Positions 38,219-51,519 of a stretch of 64,000 nt of DNA are shown piece by piece (positions within the stretch are counted from its first letter, which is position 1; each line of letters opens with the position of its first letter). This stretch comes from Heterodontus francisci (Eukaryota), in the NCBI RefSeq assembly GCF_036365525.1, contig NW_027140807.1, positions 868,001-932,000 on the forward strand, written 5' to 3'. The notes beneath the pieces were generated by a model. It did not search any database. It was not told where the DNA came from and saw nothing but the letters and a program-made list of their open reading frames with translations. Both the position numbers and the translations under genes were made by a program.

Positions 38219-40585
38219 GAGATAGATAGAGAGAGAGATAAAGAGAGAGAAAGAGAGACGGATAGAGAGAGATAGGGAAATAAATTGAGATGGATAGATA
38301 GATAGATAGAGAGAGACATAGAGAGATTGATAGATAGAGAGATAGATAGAGAGAGGGAGAAAGAGAGACACGGATAGAGAGAGGGAGAGAGAGAGACAGA
38401 GACAGTCAGAGAGAGATAAAGAGAAGTAGAGAGAGAGATAGAGAGAGGGAGAAAGATAGAGAGAGATGGATGGATTGATGAATGGATATTGAAGGTGTGG
38501 TTTTATGTCACTGCGTTTTCTTTCTCCAAAGGGACAGTAGAGTGCGCTGTTGGACCATGATAAACATCAGAGTCTGGAAGACACTTCAACAGGGACCTGG
38601 GAACACAAGGAGTTCATTCATCACCTCGAAAACATTCCGACCTTCACTGAGATCATGAAATAAAGACAAGAAATCCTGGAACCACTCAGCGGGTCTGGCA
38701 GCATCTGTGGAAAGAGAAGCAGAGTTAACGCTTCGGGTCAGTGACCCTTCTTTCGGGTCAGTAATCCTTTATTTCACTGAGATCATGACTGATCGATAAC
38801 TTCCCATCGCTCTCTCTCTCCAACCCTCTCTCTCCCTCTCTCCATCCCTGTCTTTCTCCATCCCTCTCTCTCCCTCTCTCTCCAACCCTCTCGCTCCCAC
38901 TCTCCATCCTCTCTCTTCCTGTCTCCATCCCTCTCTCTCCCTCTCTCTCCCCATCCTTCTCTCACCCTCTCTCCATCACTCTCTCTCCATCTCTCTCCAT
39001 CCCTCTCTCTCCTACACTCTCCATCCCTCTCTCTGCTCCTCTCCATCCCTCTCTCTTCCTATCTCCATTCCTCTCTCTCCCTCTCTCGCCATCCATCTCT
39101 GCCTCTCTCTCCATCATGCTCTCTCCCTCTCTCTCCATCCCACTCTCTCACTCTCGCTACCAAGCTGGTGTAAAATGAGAGAATGCCAATTAACATCCCT
39201 GTCTTTTACAGGGGCAGTGACTGTCTCTCTATCTAGCTCGTTATGTTTCTACCTACATGACTTTCCCTCGATCTCTCTATATCTCTACCTCTCTCTATAT
39301 CTATCTGTCAACCTGACTGACTCTCTATCTATCTATCTCTCTACCTGATTATCTAGCTCTCTGTCTCTGTATGTATCAAACTCTATCTTTCGGTGATTAC
39401 AGTTTGAATGAACTAATTAAACATACTGCAGTAATGTAATGAATGACCATCTTTTCATAGATTTTCTATACATTGACCAGTAGATGATGTGGTTTGTCAT
39501 CAATTACGTATCAAAATCCTCTCTGATCTTCAATATCTGTATCACATCCACCATTAACCTTCGCTGCTCGAAGGAGAGAAACCCCCAGCTTCTCCAGTCT
39601 CCCCACAGTAACTGAAGTCCCTCATCCCTGGTAACAGATGGTTAATCTCTTTCTAACCTTCACTACACAGAGGCGAACAACTCCCCAATTCACAGGAACT
39701 AACTCAGCTCAGAACCATTAAACATCTGAGCGCTGTTTCACATTGTTCAAAGGTGAGACCCCTCTCCAGATACCTTCATCTCTGGGACACCTGCCTCCTG
39801 ACAGCTAGTTCATAAGCTGCTGAAACCTGTTTAGCCACTTTCATCTTAGACTCGAGTCACATTTGATGTGTTTTTCAAAGAAATTAGCAGTTCAGACCAG
39901 TGAACAATTTAACCCTTTAACTCCCATTCACCACGCTGGTTCGGCAGCAGAGCAGTTATGTTACTGGACTCGAAATCCAGAGGCATGGACTAATGATCTC
40001 CAGACTTGAGTTCAATTCCCACTGGGGCAGAAATGCAATTTAAATTCAATTAATTAAATAAATAAAAATCTATCAGAGACACTCTGAGTAATCATGAACA
40101 TTGAGTGTCGTAAAAACCCAACGTCTTCATTGATTACCTTCAGGGAAGGAAATCTGCCATTCTTACCCGGTCTGGCCGATATCTGATTGCAGACCCACAG
40201 CAATGTGGTTGACTACTAACTGCCCTCTGATATGGCCTAGCAGGTATTCCCGAAGATGGTTCACTACCACCTTCTCAGAGGCAATAAGGGATGGGCACAC
40301 TCTCTGGGTATAGAGGGTTGTTTCCCTGAATTCTACTCTATCAAATCCCTTTCTGAAATGTGAACACCTCTATTCAATCTCCCCCTATCCTCCTGTGTTG
40401 TATCATTCTACAACATTGCTATGTAAAGTAATGGGGTGGAGCAGAGTGTCGCAGTAAGTGACAGCCAATCACAATGACAACCGGATGCTGGGTATTTAAT
40501 TGGATACAATATAGAAGCCGCCTGCAAGTGTGTTGTTGAAAACTCCACACGTTCACACATCGAGTTAGTATCGAATGAAGAAATC

Positions 40586-41420
40586 ATGTTGCATGAAGTT
40601 CTCTATCTAATCTTGATGGCTGCACTCTTCCCACGTAAGTCAAAATCAGAAACTGTGTCGAATAATGTATTGTAAAGTCAGCGGTGATTCTGTTCCATAA
40701 CACTGCTGTGTCAGAGTCTCACTCCAGAACACTTGAGCTCAAAGTCAAAACTAACACCCCAGGTGTCAGGGCTGAGGGAGTGCTGGACTATCGCAGAGGC
40801 AGTACTGCGGGTGTGCTGCAGTGTCGCAGAGGCAGTACTGAGGGAGTGCTGCACTGTCGCAGAGGCAGTACTGAGGGAGTGCAGCACTGTCACAGAGGCA
40901 GTACTGAGGGAGTGCTGCACTGTTGCAGAGGCAGTACTGAGGGAGTGCCGCACTGTCGCAGAGGCAGTACTGAGGGAGTAACTACATTGGTTGCAAGGCC
41001 CTTTCTGATGCCCTGAGGTCCTGAACGGCGATATATTAATGTAAGCCCTCTCTTTCTTGTAATGCAGCCCCTGCTCCAATCCATTATTGACTGAAATAAT
41101 AATCTAATCGATGTTCCGTCCCACAGGAATACTCTCCTCCTATGTGGAACAGACACCCTCTATCCTATCGCTTTCCGCAGGAGAGTCGACAACACTCAGA
41201 TGCACGCTGAAGAATACTGCCTATCTTACAATGTACTGGTACAGCCAACAACCAGACAGGGCACTGGAAGCTCTGTTCTATTCTGCTGCAACAGGGTCTG
41301 TTACCAATTACACGTCCGAGTCATTTAAGGCAGATAGAGCCAGCAATACACTGTTTACTTTGGCACTGAGAGACGCCGCTCCGTCTCACACCGCTGTCTA
41401 TTTCTGCGCTTGTAGTATCA
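40586..41420 (+). CDS. TRBV: TCR beta V family A #5 (leader 40586-40634, V exon 41127-41420)
   Basis: Open frame, Cys, WYSQ, YFCACS. Confidence 0.9.
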
Positions 41421-41459
41421 CACAGTGTTTGAGAAAGCAGATCAGCAGCTGCAAAAACC
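41421..41459 (+). other. 23-RSS
   Basis: CACAGTG-23bp-GCAAAAACC. Confidence 0.95.
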
Positions 41460-42793
41460 TGCAGCGGATGAACGGGAGTTCAGTGCTCATCTTCAACTGG
41501 CAGGGGTCAGCAGTAGATTGAAGCTTATTGTTCATATCTATCTGTCCACCTGATTGTTTATCTCTCTGTCTCTCTATCTATCTATCTCTTTACCTGGTTA
41601 TCTATCTCTCTGTCTCTCTATCTATTTAACTCTATCTTTAGGTAATTACAGTTTGTATGAACTAATTAAACATACTGCAGGAATGTAATGAATGACCATC
41701 TTTTCATAGATTTTCTATATATTGACCAGTAGAAGATGTGATTTGTCATCAATTATCTATCAAAATCCTCTATGATCTTCAATATCTGTATCACATCTAC
41801 CATTAACCTTCTCTGCTCTAAGGGCAGAAACCCCCAGCTTCTCCAGTCTCTCCACAGTAACTGAAGTCCCTCATCCCTGATACCAGTCTGGTTAATCTCC
41901 CTCTAACCTTCACTACACAGAGGCGAACAACCCCCTCATGCACAGGAACTAACTCAGCGCAGAACCATTAACCATCTGAGCGCTGTTTCACAGTGTTCAA
42001 AGTGAGACCCCTCTCCAGTTCAGAAGCTGCTGAAAACTCTTTACCCACTTTCATCTTAGACTCGAGTCACATTTGATGTGTTCTTCAAAGAAACTCGCAG
42101 TTCAGACCAGTGAACAATTTAACCCTTTAACCGCCATTCAGCAAGGAGGTACGGGAGCAGAGCAGTTATGTTACTGGACTAGTAATCCAGAGGCCTGGAC
42201 TAATGATCCCCAGACATGAGTTCAATTCTCACCAGGGCAGAAATTGAATTTAAATTTAATTAAGCAAATAAATAAAATCTGTAATGGAAAGTAAGAGCAA
42301 TTCTGAACATGGAGTATCGTAAAAACCTAACGTATTCATTGATGACCTTCAGGGAAGGAAATCTGCCATTCTTACCCGGTCTGGCCTATATGTGACTGCA
42401 GACCCACTGCAATGTGGTTGACTATTAACTGCCCTCTGATATGGCCCAGCAGGTAATTCCGAAGATGGTTCACCACCACCTTCTCGGGGCAATAAGGGAT
42501 GGGCACACTCTCTGGGTATAGAGGGTTGTTTCCCTGAATTCTAATCTATCAAATCCCTTTCTGAAATGTGAACACCTCTATTCAATCTCCCCCTATCCTC
42601 CTGTGTTGCATCATTCTACAACATTGCTATACAATGTAATGGGGTGGAGCAGAGTGTCGCAGTAAGTGACTGCCAATCACAATGACAACCGGATGCTGGG
42701 TATTTAATTGGATACAATATAGAAACCGCCTGCAAGTGTGTTGTTGAAAACTCCACACGTTCACACATCGAGTTAGTATCGAATGAAGAAATC

Positions 42794-43628
42794 ATGTTGC
42801 ATGAAGTTCTCTGTCTAACAATGATGCCTGCCCTGTTCCCACGTAAGTCAAAGTCAGAAACTGTGTCGAATAATGTATTGTAATGTTAGCGGTGATTCTG
42901 TCTGGAACACGCCTGTGTTAGAGTCTCACTCCAGAACACTTCAGCTCAAAATCAAGGCTGAACACCCCGGGTGTCATGACTGAGGGAGTGCTGCACTGTC
43001 GCAGAGGCAGTACTGGAGAAGTGCTGCACTGTCACAGAGGCAGTACTGAGGTAGTGCTGCACTGTCGCAGAGGCAGTACTGAGGTAGTGCTGCACTGTCG
43101 CACAGGCAGTACTGAGGTAGTGCTGCACTGTCGCAGAGGCAGTACTGAGGGACTGCTGCACTGTCGAATAGGCAGTACTGATGGAGTAACTGCATTTGTT
43201 GCAAAGCACTTTCTGATGTCCGGAGGTCCTGAACGGCGCTATATTAATGTAAGCCCTTTCTTTCTTGCAATGCAGCCCCTGCTCCAATCCATTATTGACT
43301 GAAATAATAATCTCATCGATGTTCCATTCCACAGGAATACTCTCCTCCTATGTGGAACAGTCACCCTCGATCCTATCGATTGCAGCAGGAGAGTCGACAA
43401 CACTCAGATGCACGCTGACCAATACTGCCTATTCCTATATGTACTGGTACAGACAACATCCAGACAGGGCACTGGAAGCTCTGTTCTATTCTGCTACAGA
43501 AGGGTCTGTTACCAATTACACGTCCGAGTCATTTAAGGCAGTCAGAGCCAGCGATACACTGTTTACTTTGGCACTGAGAGACGCCGCTCCATCTCACACC
43601 GCTGTCTATTTCTGCGCTTGTAGTATCG
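42794..43628 (+). CDS. TRBV: TCR beta V family A #6 (leader 42794-42842, V exon 43335-43628)
   Basis: Open frame, canonical residues. Confidence 0.92.
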
Positions 43629-43667
43629 CACAGTGTTTGAGAAAGCGGATACTCAGCTGCAAAAACC
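43629..43667 (+). other. 23-RSS
   Basis: CACAGTG-23bp-GCAAAAACC. Confidence 0.95.
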
Positions 43668-43686
43668 TGCAGCGGATGAACAGGAG

Positions 43687-44290
43687 TTCAGTGCTCATCT
43701 TCCACCGGCAGGGGGCAGCAGCAGATTGTATATCAATGCTCATTTTCCACCAGCAGGGGGCAGCAGTAGATTGAATCTCAGTGCTCATCCTCCACCGGCA
43801 GGGGGCAGCAGTGGATTGAATCTCAGTGCTCATCCTCCACCGGCAGGGGGCAGCAGTGGATTGAATCTCAGTGCTCATCTTCCACCGGCAGGGGTCAGCA
43901 GTAGATTGAATCTCAGTGCTCATCTTCCACCGGCAGGGGGCAGCAGTAGATTGAATCTCAGTGCTCATCTTCCACCGGGAGGGGGCAGCAGTAGATTGAA
44001 TCTCAGTGCTCATCTTCCACCGGCAGGGGGCAGCAGTAGATTGAATCTCAGTGCTCATCTTCCACCGGCAGGGGGCAGCAGTGGATTGAATCTCAGTGCT
44101 CATCCTCCACCGGCAGGGGGCAGCAGTGGATTGAATCTCAGTGCTCATCTTCCACCGGCAGGGGGCAGCAGTAGATTGAATCTCAGTGCTCATCCTCCAC
44201 CGGCAGGGGGCAGCAGTGGATTGAATCTCAGTGCTCATCCTCCACCGGCAGGGGGCAGCAGTAGATTGAATCTCAGTGCTCATCCTCCAC
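43687..44290 (+). repeat. 45-bp minisatellite, 13 units plus a partial, each with a CTCF-type core
   Basis: Cores every 45 bp from 43705 to 44245. Confidence 0.95.
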
Positions 44291-46255
44291 ATCATAACAA
44301 CTCGCTGCTTAAACAAATCATCACATCTCCCCCCTCCCCCCACTTATTCATCTGCCAGTTACATTTAATCAATGTCTCCTGGTTGCCTTCTGCCGAAAGA
44401 AGCAGCTTCTGTTCATTTATAGTTTTAAAATAATTATTTATTTAGATGTGAGCATCGCTGACCAGTCCAACATTTGCTATCCATCCCAAATTGCCCTTGA
44501 GAAGGTGGTGGTGAGCTGCCTTCTTGAACCACTGCAGTCCATGTGGGGTAGGTCCACCCACAGTCCTGTTAGGAATGGAGTTCCAGGATTTTGACCCAGC
44601 GACAGTGAAGGAACGGCGATATAGTTCCAAGTCAGGATGGCATGTGGCTTGAAGGAGAACCTGCAGTTGGTGATGTTCCCGTGCATCTGCTGTCCTTGTC
44701 CTTCTAGGTGTTGGAGGTCGTGGTTTTGGAAGGTGTTGTCGAAGGAGCCTTGGTGCATTGCTGCAGTGCATTTTCTATATAGTACACACTGCTGCCACTG
44801 TGCGTCGGTGGTGGAGGGGTGAAAGTTTGTGAATGGGGTGCCAATCAAGCGGGCTGTTTTGTCCTGGATGGTATCGAGCTTCTTCAGTGTTGTTGGAGCC
44901 ACACTCTAGTGGAGAGTATTCCAACACACTCCTGACTTGTACCTTATAGATGGTGGACAGGCTTTGGGGAGTCAGGAGGTGAGGTACTCAAGACTCAACG
45001 TGCGCTGCCTGAGTGGGTAGAACTGTCCTCTCTGAGTTAGAAGGACCCACTCCACAGACTGGAGCCAAGAAAAAGGCTGACACTTTAGTGCCAAAAAACT
45101 GCAGGTAAGTCAAAACAAATCCACCGAGCAAAAATGTCGTACCGAAATGCATGTTTCATACTATTTTCCCTGATTAAGCAGAATTAACGCACACAATTTT
45201 GAATGCAACACAAACGCAACAAATTGATGCTAAACCCTTTATAAAAAGCCTGTTTTGGCTTCAACCGGTGTGCTACGTCCACTTCTGTACATAACATTGT
45301 TGGGAGGATGCAGAGGGTGCAAAGGAGATTTACAAGGAGGTGACCGGGCGTGAGGGATTTCAGCTATGTGGAGGTGTGGGAGAAGCTGTTCATTGTAACA
45401 CACAAGGTTCCAAAAAGTCCCAGAACCCTATCCAGAAGGTTAGGGGTGCGATGCTGGACCACACCACTGCTCATTCAATCCACACACATTGGAATGTTTC
45501 CCATTCCATCCATGGTCTCCTCACTTCATGTCAAGTGCATCTATGGAATAGTTAACTTGTCACCCCACTCCTGGTCTAACCTTTAACATTTCCATTGTTA
45601 CCGAGTCCTGATGGATATTTAAGAAAGAAAGTGAACATTTACTCTTGTAACATCTCAGCTTTTCTGAAATGACCCTCCCAGCAATGCACACATCCCATCA
45701 CTGAATACATTCAGATACAATTGGAAGAGAACAAGCTTGATAATGATGGTGGAGTGAGCATCTTTTCATGGTTATGAGGCTGCTGAGGGTGAGGCTGACA
45801 CAGATGCTGGCGGTCGGGAGGAGGGTGACAGTGTGGCCTCAGATGGTAATGATGAGTGTGAGGATGGTGTCAGGATGAATGTGGTTATGATCAGGGGAGT
45901 ATTGAACGTATTGATGATCCCAACACACCCGCTCATTTAATCACCTCTCCACCACAGAAGATAGTTTAAATCACATTTGCTCCCTTCCCTTCTGCAACTA
46001 TCAAAGACATGAAACAGAACTGCAGGCCCAGAAACCGATGAGCTGAGGGTCAAACATTGGTCCCTCCCCAGAAATGACGAGTCCTCGGTGAGCCCATGAG
46101 CAAAGAAAGAAAGCTTGGCTCCGCATAGGCAAGTGTTGAAGATGATGGAGACGGAAGCTATAAATTCCAGTCAGTACCCAGAACTTTGGGGTACTCGACA
46201 ATACAAGTGCTCAGTCATTTCATATAAAACCACACGGATCCTTCACCCTCCAGAG

Positions 46256-46874
46256 ATGGCTGTGTCTCAGCTCTGGGTTGTGTTGTTGGTGTTAACGGGT
46301 AAGGAGGTGCCTGAACTGTGAGGTTACAATGATGTACATGTGTCTCTGCTTCTCAGTCTCTGGCTGTCTTTGTCTCTCTCCTTCTCCCTCCATATTTCGT
46401 TCTCTGTCTCTCATCTCTCTCTCTCTGCCTCTCTGCCTCTAACTGGTCCCCACCGCTCTCTCTATCTCTGTCTGTCTGCCCACTTCTACCTCTTCTTGTT
46501 GGTAACGATATGGACATTGTCCCTGGGTTTATCTCTCTATTTCTCTCTCTCTCTCTCTCCCTCTCTGTTTTACAGATGTGGGGGCTGTGTTGATCCAACA
46601 GACTCCCGCTTCCATATCCCATTCCCCAGGCTCTCCAGTCAGGATCCAATGTATTTACACAGAAGCAACAGCAGGCTCCTATTTCTACTGGTACCGATGG
46701 CATCTGGACCGTGAGCCTCAGGACCTTTTCTACTCCAGCTACGCCGGAACGGTCAACCCCTCAGGTGAGGTGGACGGTTTCACCGCCAGGAGACCCGAAA
46801 ACACCCATTTTTACCTGGAGTCCTCCAGCCTGTGGGTGAATCAATCAGCCGTGTATTACTGTGCCTGGAGTCAG
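46256..46874 (+). CDS. TRBV: TCR beta V family B #3 (leader 46256-46298, V exon 46576-46874)
   Basis: Open frame, WYRWH, YYCAWS. Confidence 0.92.
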
Positions 46875-46913
46875 CACAGTGATTCAGAAAGGCGCCGGAG
46901 TTCAGCAAAAACT
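46875..46913 (+). other. 23-RSS
   Basis: CACAGTG-23bp-GCAAAAACT. Confidence 0.95.
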
Positions 46914-49900
46914 CTAGACATTGTCAGAGCTCACTTGTGGGAGATAGACCTGTCCATCTGGGGTGTCATTCTAACACTCTGACGATCTGTCAGTTTCTAT
47001 GTCTACTGTTGAATGAACTGGCTCTTTGACAGAGTTGTCTGACCAGTTCCCATTCACTGACCAGTTCTCCATTACATTAAGAAATCTCCCCTTCATCTAC
47101 TTCTCCAATTGACATCTGGAAGTTACGATTGGATGGTCTTCCACCGCCCTTTCAGTCAGTGTCCTCCACATGATAACAATTCACTGAGGAGAAAGATTCC
47201 ACTCATCTCCCACTCTGGTTCCTTTCCCAATTACCTTCAATTCTTGGTCCCTGGTTTATCGACCCTCCTGACAGTAGATACGACCCTCTGGATACAGTTT
47301 CTCTATCAAGACACTTCTGACAACATCTTTAAAATCTCCCCTTACCCTCATTACTCTAATGGACACAAGTCTATACAAATAGGAAATGGTTGATCTTGGA
47401 ACCTTTAATCATGTCCCTGATGATTCATACAGTGCAAAGGCGAGAAACCTCTCCAGATCCGTCTCTGACTGGAACACCTGCCTCCAGACGGCGGCTTCAG
47501 CATCTGTTCAAAACTGTTAACCCACTTGTCTCTCAGTCTCTCGGTGCCTTTTGAAGAATTTTCACAATGACTGGAGTTCAGTGCGGTGAAGAACTTAACC
47601 CTTTAGCTCCCGTTTAGTACAAGTGGGGGAAGGGGGTGGGGGAGGTGTGGGTGGGGAATGAAACTGTCTTGGCCCTGAAACAAGGCAGCAGGTTGATGGG
47701 TCTTATTGGATCATAGAATAATGCAGGACAAATCCAGGCCATTCAGCCCATCGATCCTGGCCTGGCTGTTCGAAAGAGCGACCTCCTCCCATCTCTCTTC
47801 ATCCTACCCTATCAACAGATTCTCCTATTCCTTTCTCACTCATGTATTTATTGAGCTCCCCCCTTAACAGTATTGTCTCTATTCGACCTCAACCCATTCC
47901 AGTTGGTCGCGAATTCCACATTCTGACCGCTCCCTGGGTTAAAGAACCTCCTTCTGAATTCCCAATTGGATTTATTAAGGACAACCTTACATTTATGATC
48001 CCTCGTTTTCATCTTCCCTGTCCAATTGCTCCCACTCCCTGTTCTTTCTGAATATCCCTGCACTTGATCTTGCAGCTTGTCTGCCTCCTTCCCGACATTA
48101 CAACAGTGACTGCACTTCAAAATGTATTTGACTGGTTGCGGCTTGAGTGAAGCAGAGAGCTGTCTGGCCGAATGGCGCGGAAGAGTGCATAAACTTCCAT
48201 CTGGTTCTATGCCACAAGCGCAAACGGGAGTCGAGTAGGATAACAAAGCCAATGACTGATACAATTTTAGAGTCTGAGACTGAAACGCCTGCAGAATCGG
48301 TGCTTGCAGTTGCACGTGAAGCCACTAGGTGCCAGTGTTACTCTAGTGTCGCCGCTGCCCAGAACATGCTCAGACAGAGTGAGCTTTACCCACAGCAGCT
48401 CTGCAGGTCAACTTGGCTGCTTCTGAAATGTTTCACTTCTCAACTATTTCACACAAAATATTCTGGCAATGTCAAACAAATCAATGATTTGATATCAGGT
48501 AGATGATCTTTAAATCTGATCCTTTTGGGGTCATTAAGTGACATTAATATCAGTCCAACCTTGAAATAGTTGCACCCAGATGCCAGTTTGTAGATTTCCA
48601 GTTTCTATTTTACAATTACATAGTCCCAGGTGTTTGTAGGAAACTAGGAGAGAGCCTGAATGTCCATCCTGACTTTAGCACAACTCCCACATGTATCGTG
48701 CCAAGTGTAAAGTAACATTTGCCCCCCATGTTCCCTGTTTCCTGGTGGAAAACGGGAGATCTGGTGCTCACTTCATGTGATCAAGTGAGGGACAGTTTTC
48801 AGAACAGAAGGCTTCACAATGACATGTTGTGATATCCTCACACCGCTGGTGGAGGTGCTGTATTAATCAGGTCTGTTCTTTGAGGAGGTGAAACTCAGTA
48901 TGTTGAGGTTTTAACAGCGGGTTTGCTTTTGCAGAATGGTGCAAAATAATAAATTAACACGGAAGCTGGAGAGAGTTCACCTTCTTAGGCAGTTCCCCCT
49001 GGATTGAGGATGACTTGCTTCCACTCCGGTTCAATGGGTTCTGAGATGGCTGATGAGTCCAGTGTATGATCTGCAGACTCTGTCACATGATGGGCAGGTG
49101 GTGCTTTGAGGATCAGGCAGGTGAGTAGTTTGCAGGTTTGTGCGCTCCCTCCGATGCCTCGGCCTTGCCTCTGCATGTTCCTTAAGTTCCTCGAGGTGTC
49201 CAATGCCTTCCCGTATGTCCTTTCTCCAACTGGGATGTTCAGGAGCCATGTTCTCCCAGGAGTCAATGCGGATGTTTCGTCTCTCCAGGGATGCTGTGAG
49301 GACATCTCTAAAACGTTTCCGCTGTCCTCCTGGGAGTCTCCTGACACGGCTAAGTTCTGAGTAGAACTGCTTCTTTGGGGAGTCTGGTGGCAGGAATGTG
49401 AATGACATGTCCCAGCCAGTGGAGCTGGTTTTGGGTGACTCGAACCCTGACACTAGACAGATTGGTTTGGGAGAGGACGATGCTGTTGGACTACCTGTTT
49501 TGCCACTGGATTTGGAGGTTAATGCGGAGGCACCTCTGGTGTTACTTCTCTTGTGCTTTGAGGTGTCGACTGTAGGTTCTCCAAGGTAAGGTAAATGTGG
49601 AGGTGCATTTATTTACAGTGACTGACAGGACAAAGCAGTTCAGAGTTATCCACTGTCTAGACAAAGAACCACATACAGACTGACCTCAAACTCACGTAAT
49701 TTTTCCACGAACTCAAAGAGCAGGGCCTGATCCACAGTTTTATCATCATGTACCTGGGTTCCAAAATTGGAATTTGCACATGTTTGGCCTCCAACCTCCT
49801 TGGTTAAAACACACTGGGTGCACTGTGAACATTTCAGGACTCCTCATTCCTTGGTTAGACTTCATTTGGAGAACTGTGCACTGTTCCATTCTCATTATAC

Positions 49901-50866
49901 ATTGGTTAGATCACAACTGGAGCACTGAGCACAGTTCTGGCGTCTATATACATTGGTTAGACCACATTTAGATCACGGTATAATTATACATAACAGTAGA
50001 GATCGAACAGGCAGGGGTCCTTCTCTAGAAATGAGGGGTGCCCAGATAAGAAGTCTTTAATATTATTAATAGGTTTGATAGGATAGTCGTAGAGAAGATA
50101 TTTTCACTTGAGGCCCAAGACCAGAACTATAAGGTATAAAATACTCAGTACAAATCCAGACGTGAATTCAGGACAAACTTCATTACCCAGAGATTGGTGA
50201 GAATGGGGAACGAACCACCATAGGCAGTGGTGGAGGCAAATAGTATTCAGTGGGATACTAGTAGACATACGAGGCAGAAAGGATTGACAGGAGATGATGA
50301 GAAGATGAGATAAAGAGGGATGAAAGGATGTATCTGTGGAACATCAACACCTGTATAGATCCGTTCACCTGATGCTGTGTTCTATATTGTCTGCAATTCT
50401 ATATAGTCAACGTCAGTATCTGAAAGAGGGGAGAAAGTTGGAAAGCCGATCTGGAACTTCCCAAGGAGTTCGACAGCCAATGAAGTGCTTCTGTTGAATT
50501 TCAGGCATGTTGGTCTTTATTGCAAGGGGGATGGGAGTACAAGAATAAGGAAGTCGTATTACACTTGTATTGGGTCTTGGTGAGAACACACCTGGAGTAC
50601 TAGGTGCACATATTTGGAGAGAGCTCCGAATGATCGGGCTGCAGATGTCAATGACACAGAACTGCAGTTCCAGAAAGCGATTACCAGGAGTCTAACATTG
50701 GTCCCTCCCCGGAAATGAAAGAAAACTGGGTCCCGCCTATCCGAATGATAAAGTGATGGAGAAGGAAGCTGTGAATTTCAGTCAGTGCCCAGAACTTTGA
50801 GATACTCGACAATAAAAGTGCTCAGTCATTTCATATAAAACCACACGGATCCTTCACCCTCCAGAG

Positions 50867-51480
50867 ATGTCTTTGTCTCAGCTCTGGGTTGTGTTGTTGG
50901 TGTTAACGGGTAAGGAGGTGTCTGAACTGTGAGGTGACAATGATGTACATGTGTCTCTGCTTCTCAGTCTCTGTCTGTCTTTGTCTCTCTCCTTCTCCCT
51001 CTATAATTCTTTCTCTGTCTCTCATTCTCTCTCTATCTCTCTCTCTGCCTTTATCTCTGCCTCCAACTGGTCCCCACCTCTCTCTTTATCTCTCTGTCTG
51101 CCCGCCTCTACCTCTTCTTGTTGATATCTTTATTGACATTGTCCTTGGGTTTATCTCCCTCGTTCCCTCTCTGTTTTACAGAAGTGGGGGCCGTGTTGAT
51201 CCAACAGACTCCTGCTTCCATATCCCATTCCCCAGGATCTCCAGTCAGGATCCAGTGTATTTACACTGAAGCAACTGCTACGTCCTATTTCTACTGGTAC
51301 CGGTGGCATCCGGACCGTGAGCCCGAGAATCTTTTCTATTCCTACCCCGCCGGAACGGTCAACCCCTCCGGTGAGGTGGACGGTTTCACCGCTAGGATAC
51401 CCGACAACACCCATTTTTACCTGGAGTCCTCCAGCCTGTTGGCGAATCAATCAGCCGTGTATTACTGTGCCTGGAGTCAG
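50867..51480 (+). CDS. TRBV: TCR beta V family B #4 (leader 50867-50909, V exon 51182-51480)
   Basis: Open frame, WYRWH, YYCAWS. Confidence 0.92.
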
Positions 51481-51519
51481 CACAGTGACTCAGAAAGGCG
51501 CCGGAGTTCAGCAAAAACT
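51481..51519 (+). other. 23-RSS
   Basis: CACAGTG-23bp-GCAAAAACT. Confidence 0.95.

Noticed and set aside
43606-44433. Long repetitive ORFs (245 and 266 aa) and CRISPR-like periodicity
   Set aside because: They arise from a 45-bp (multiple of 3) tandem repeat. There are no unique spacers or cas genes and the context is eukaryotic.
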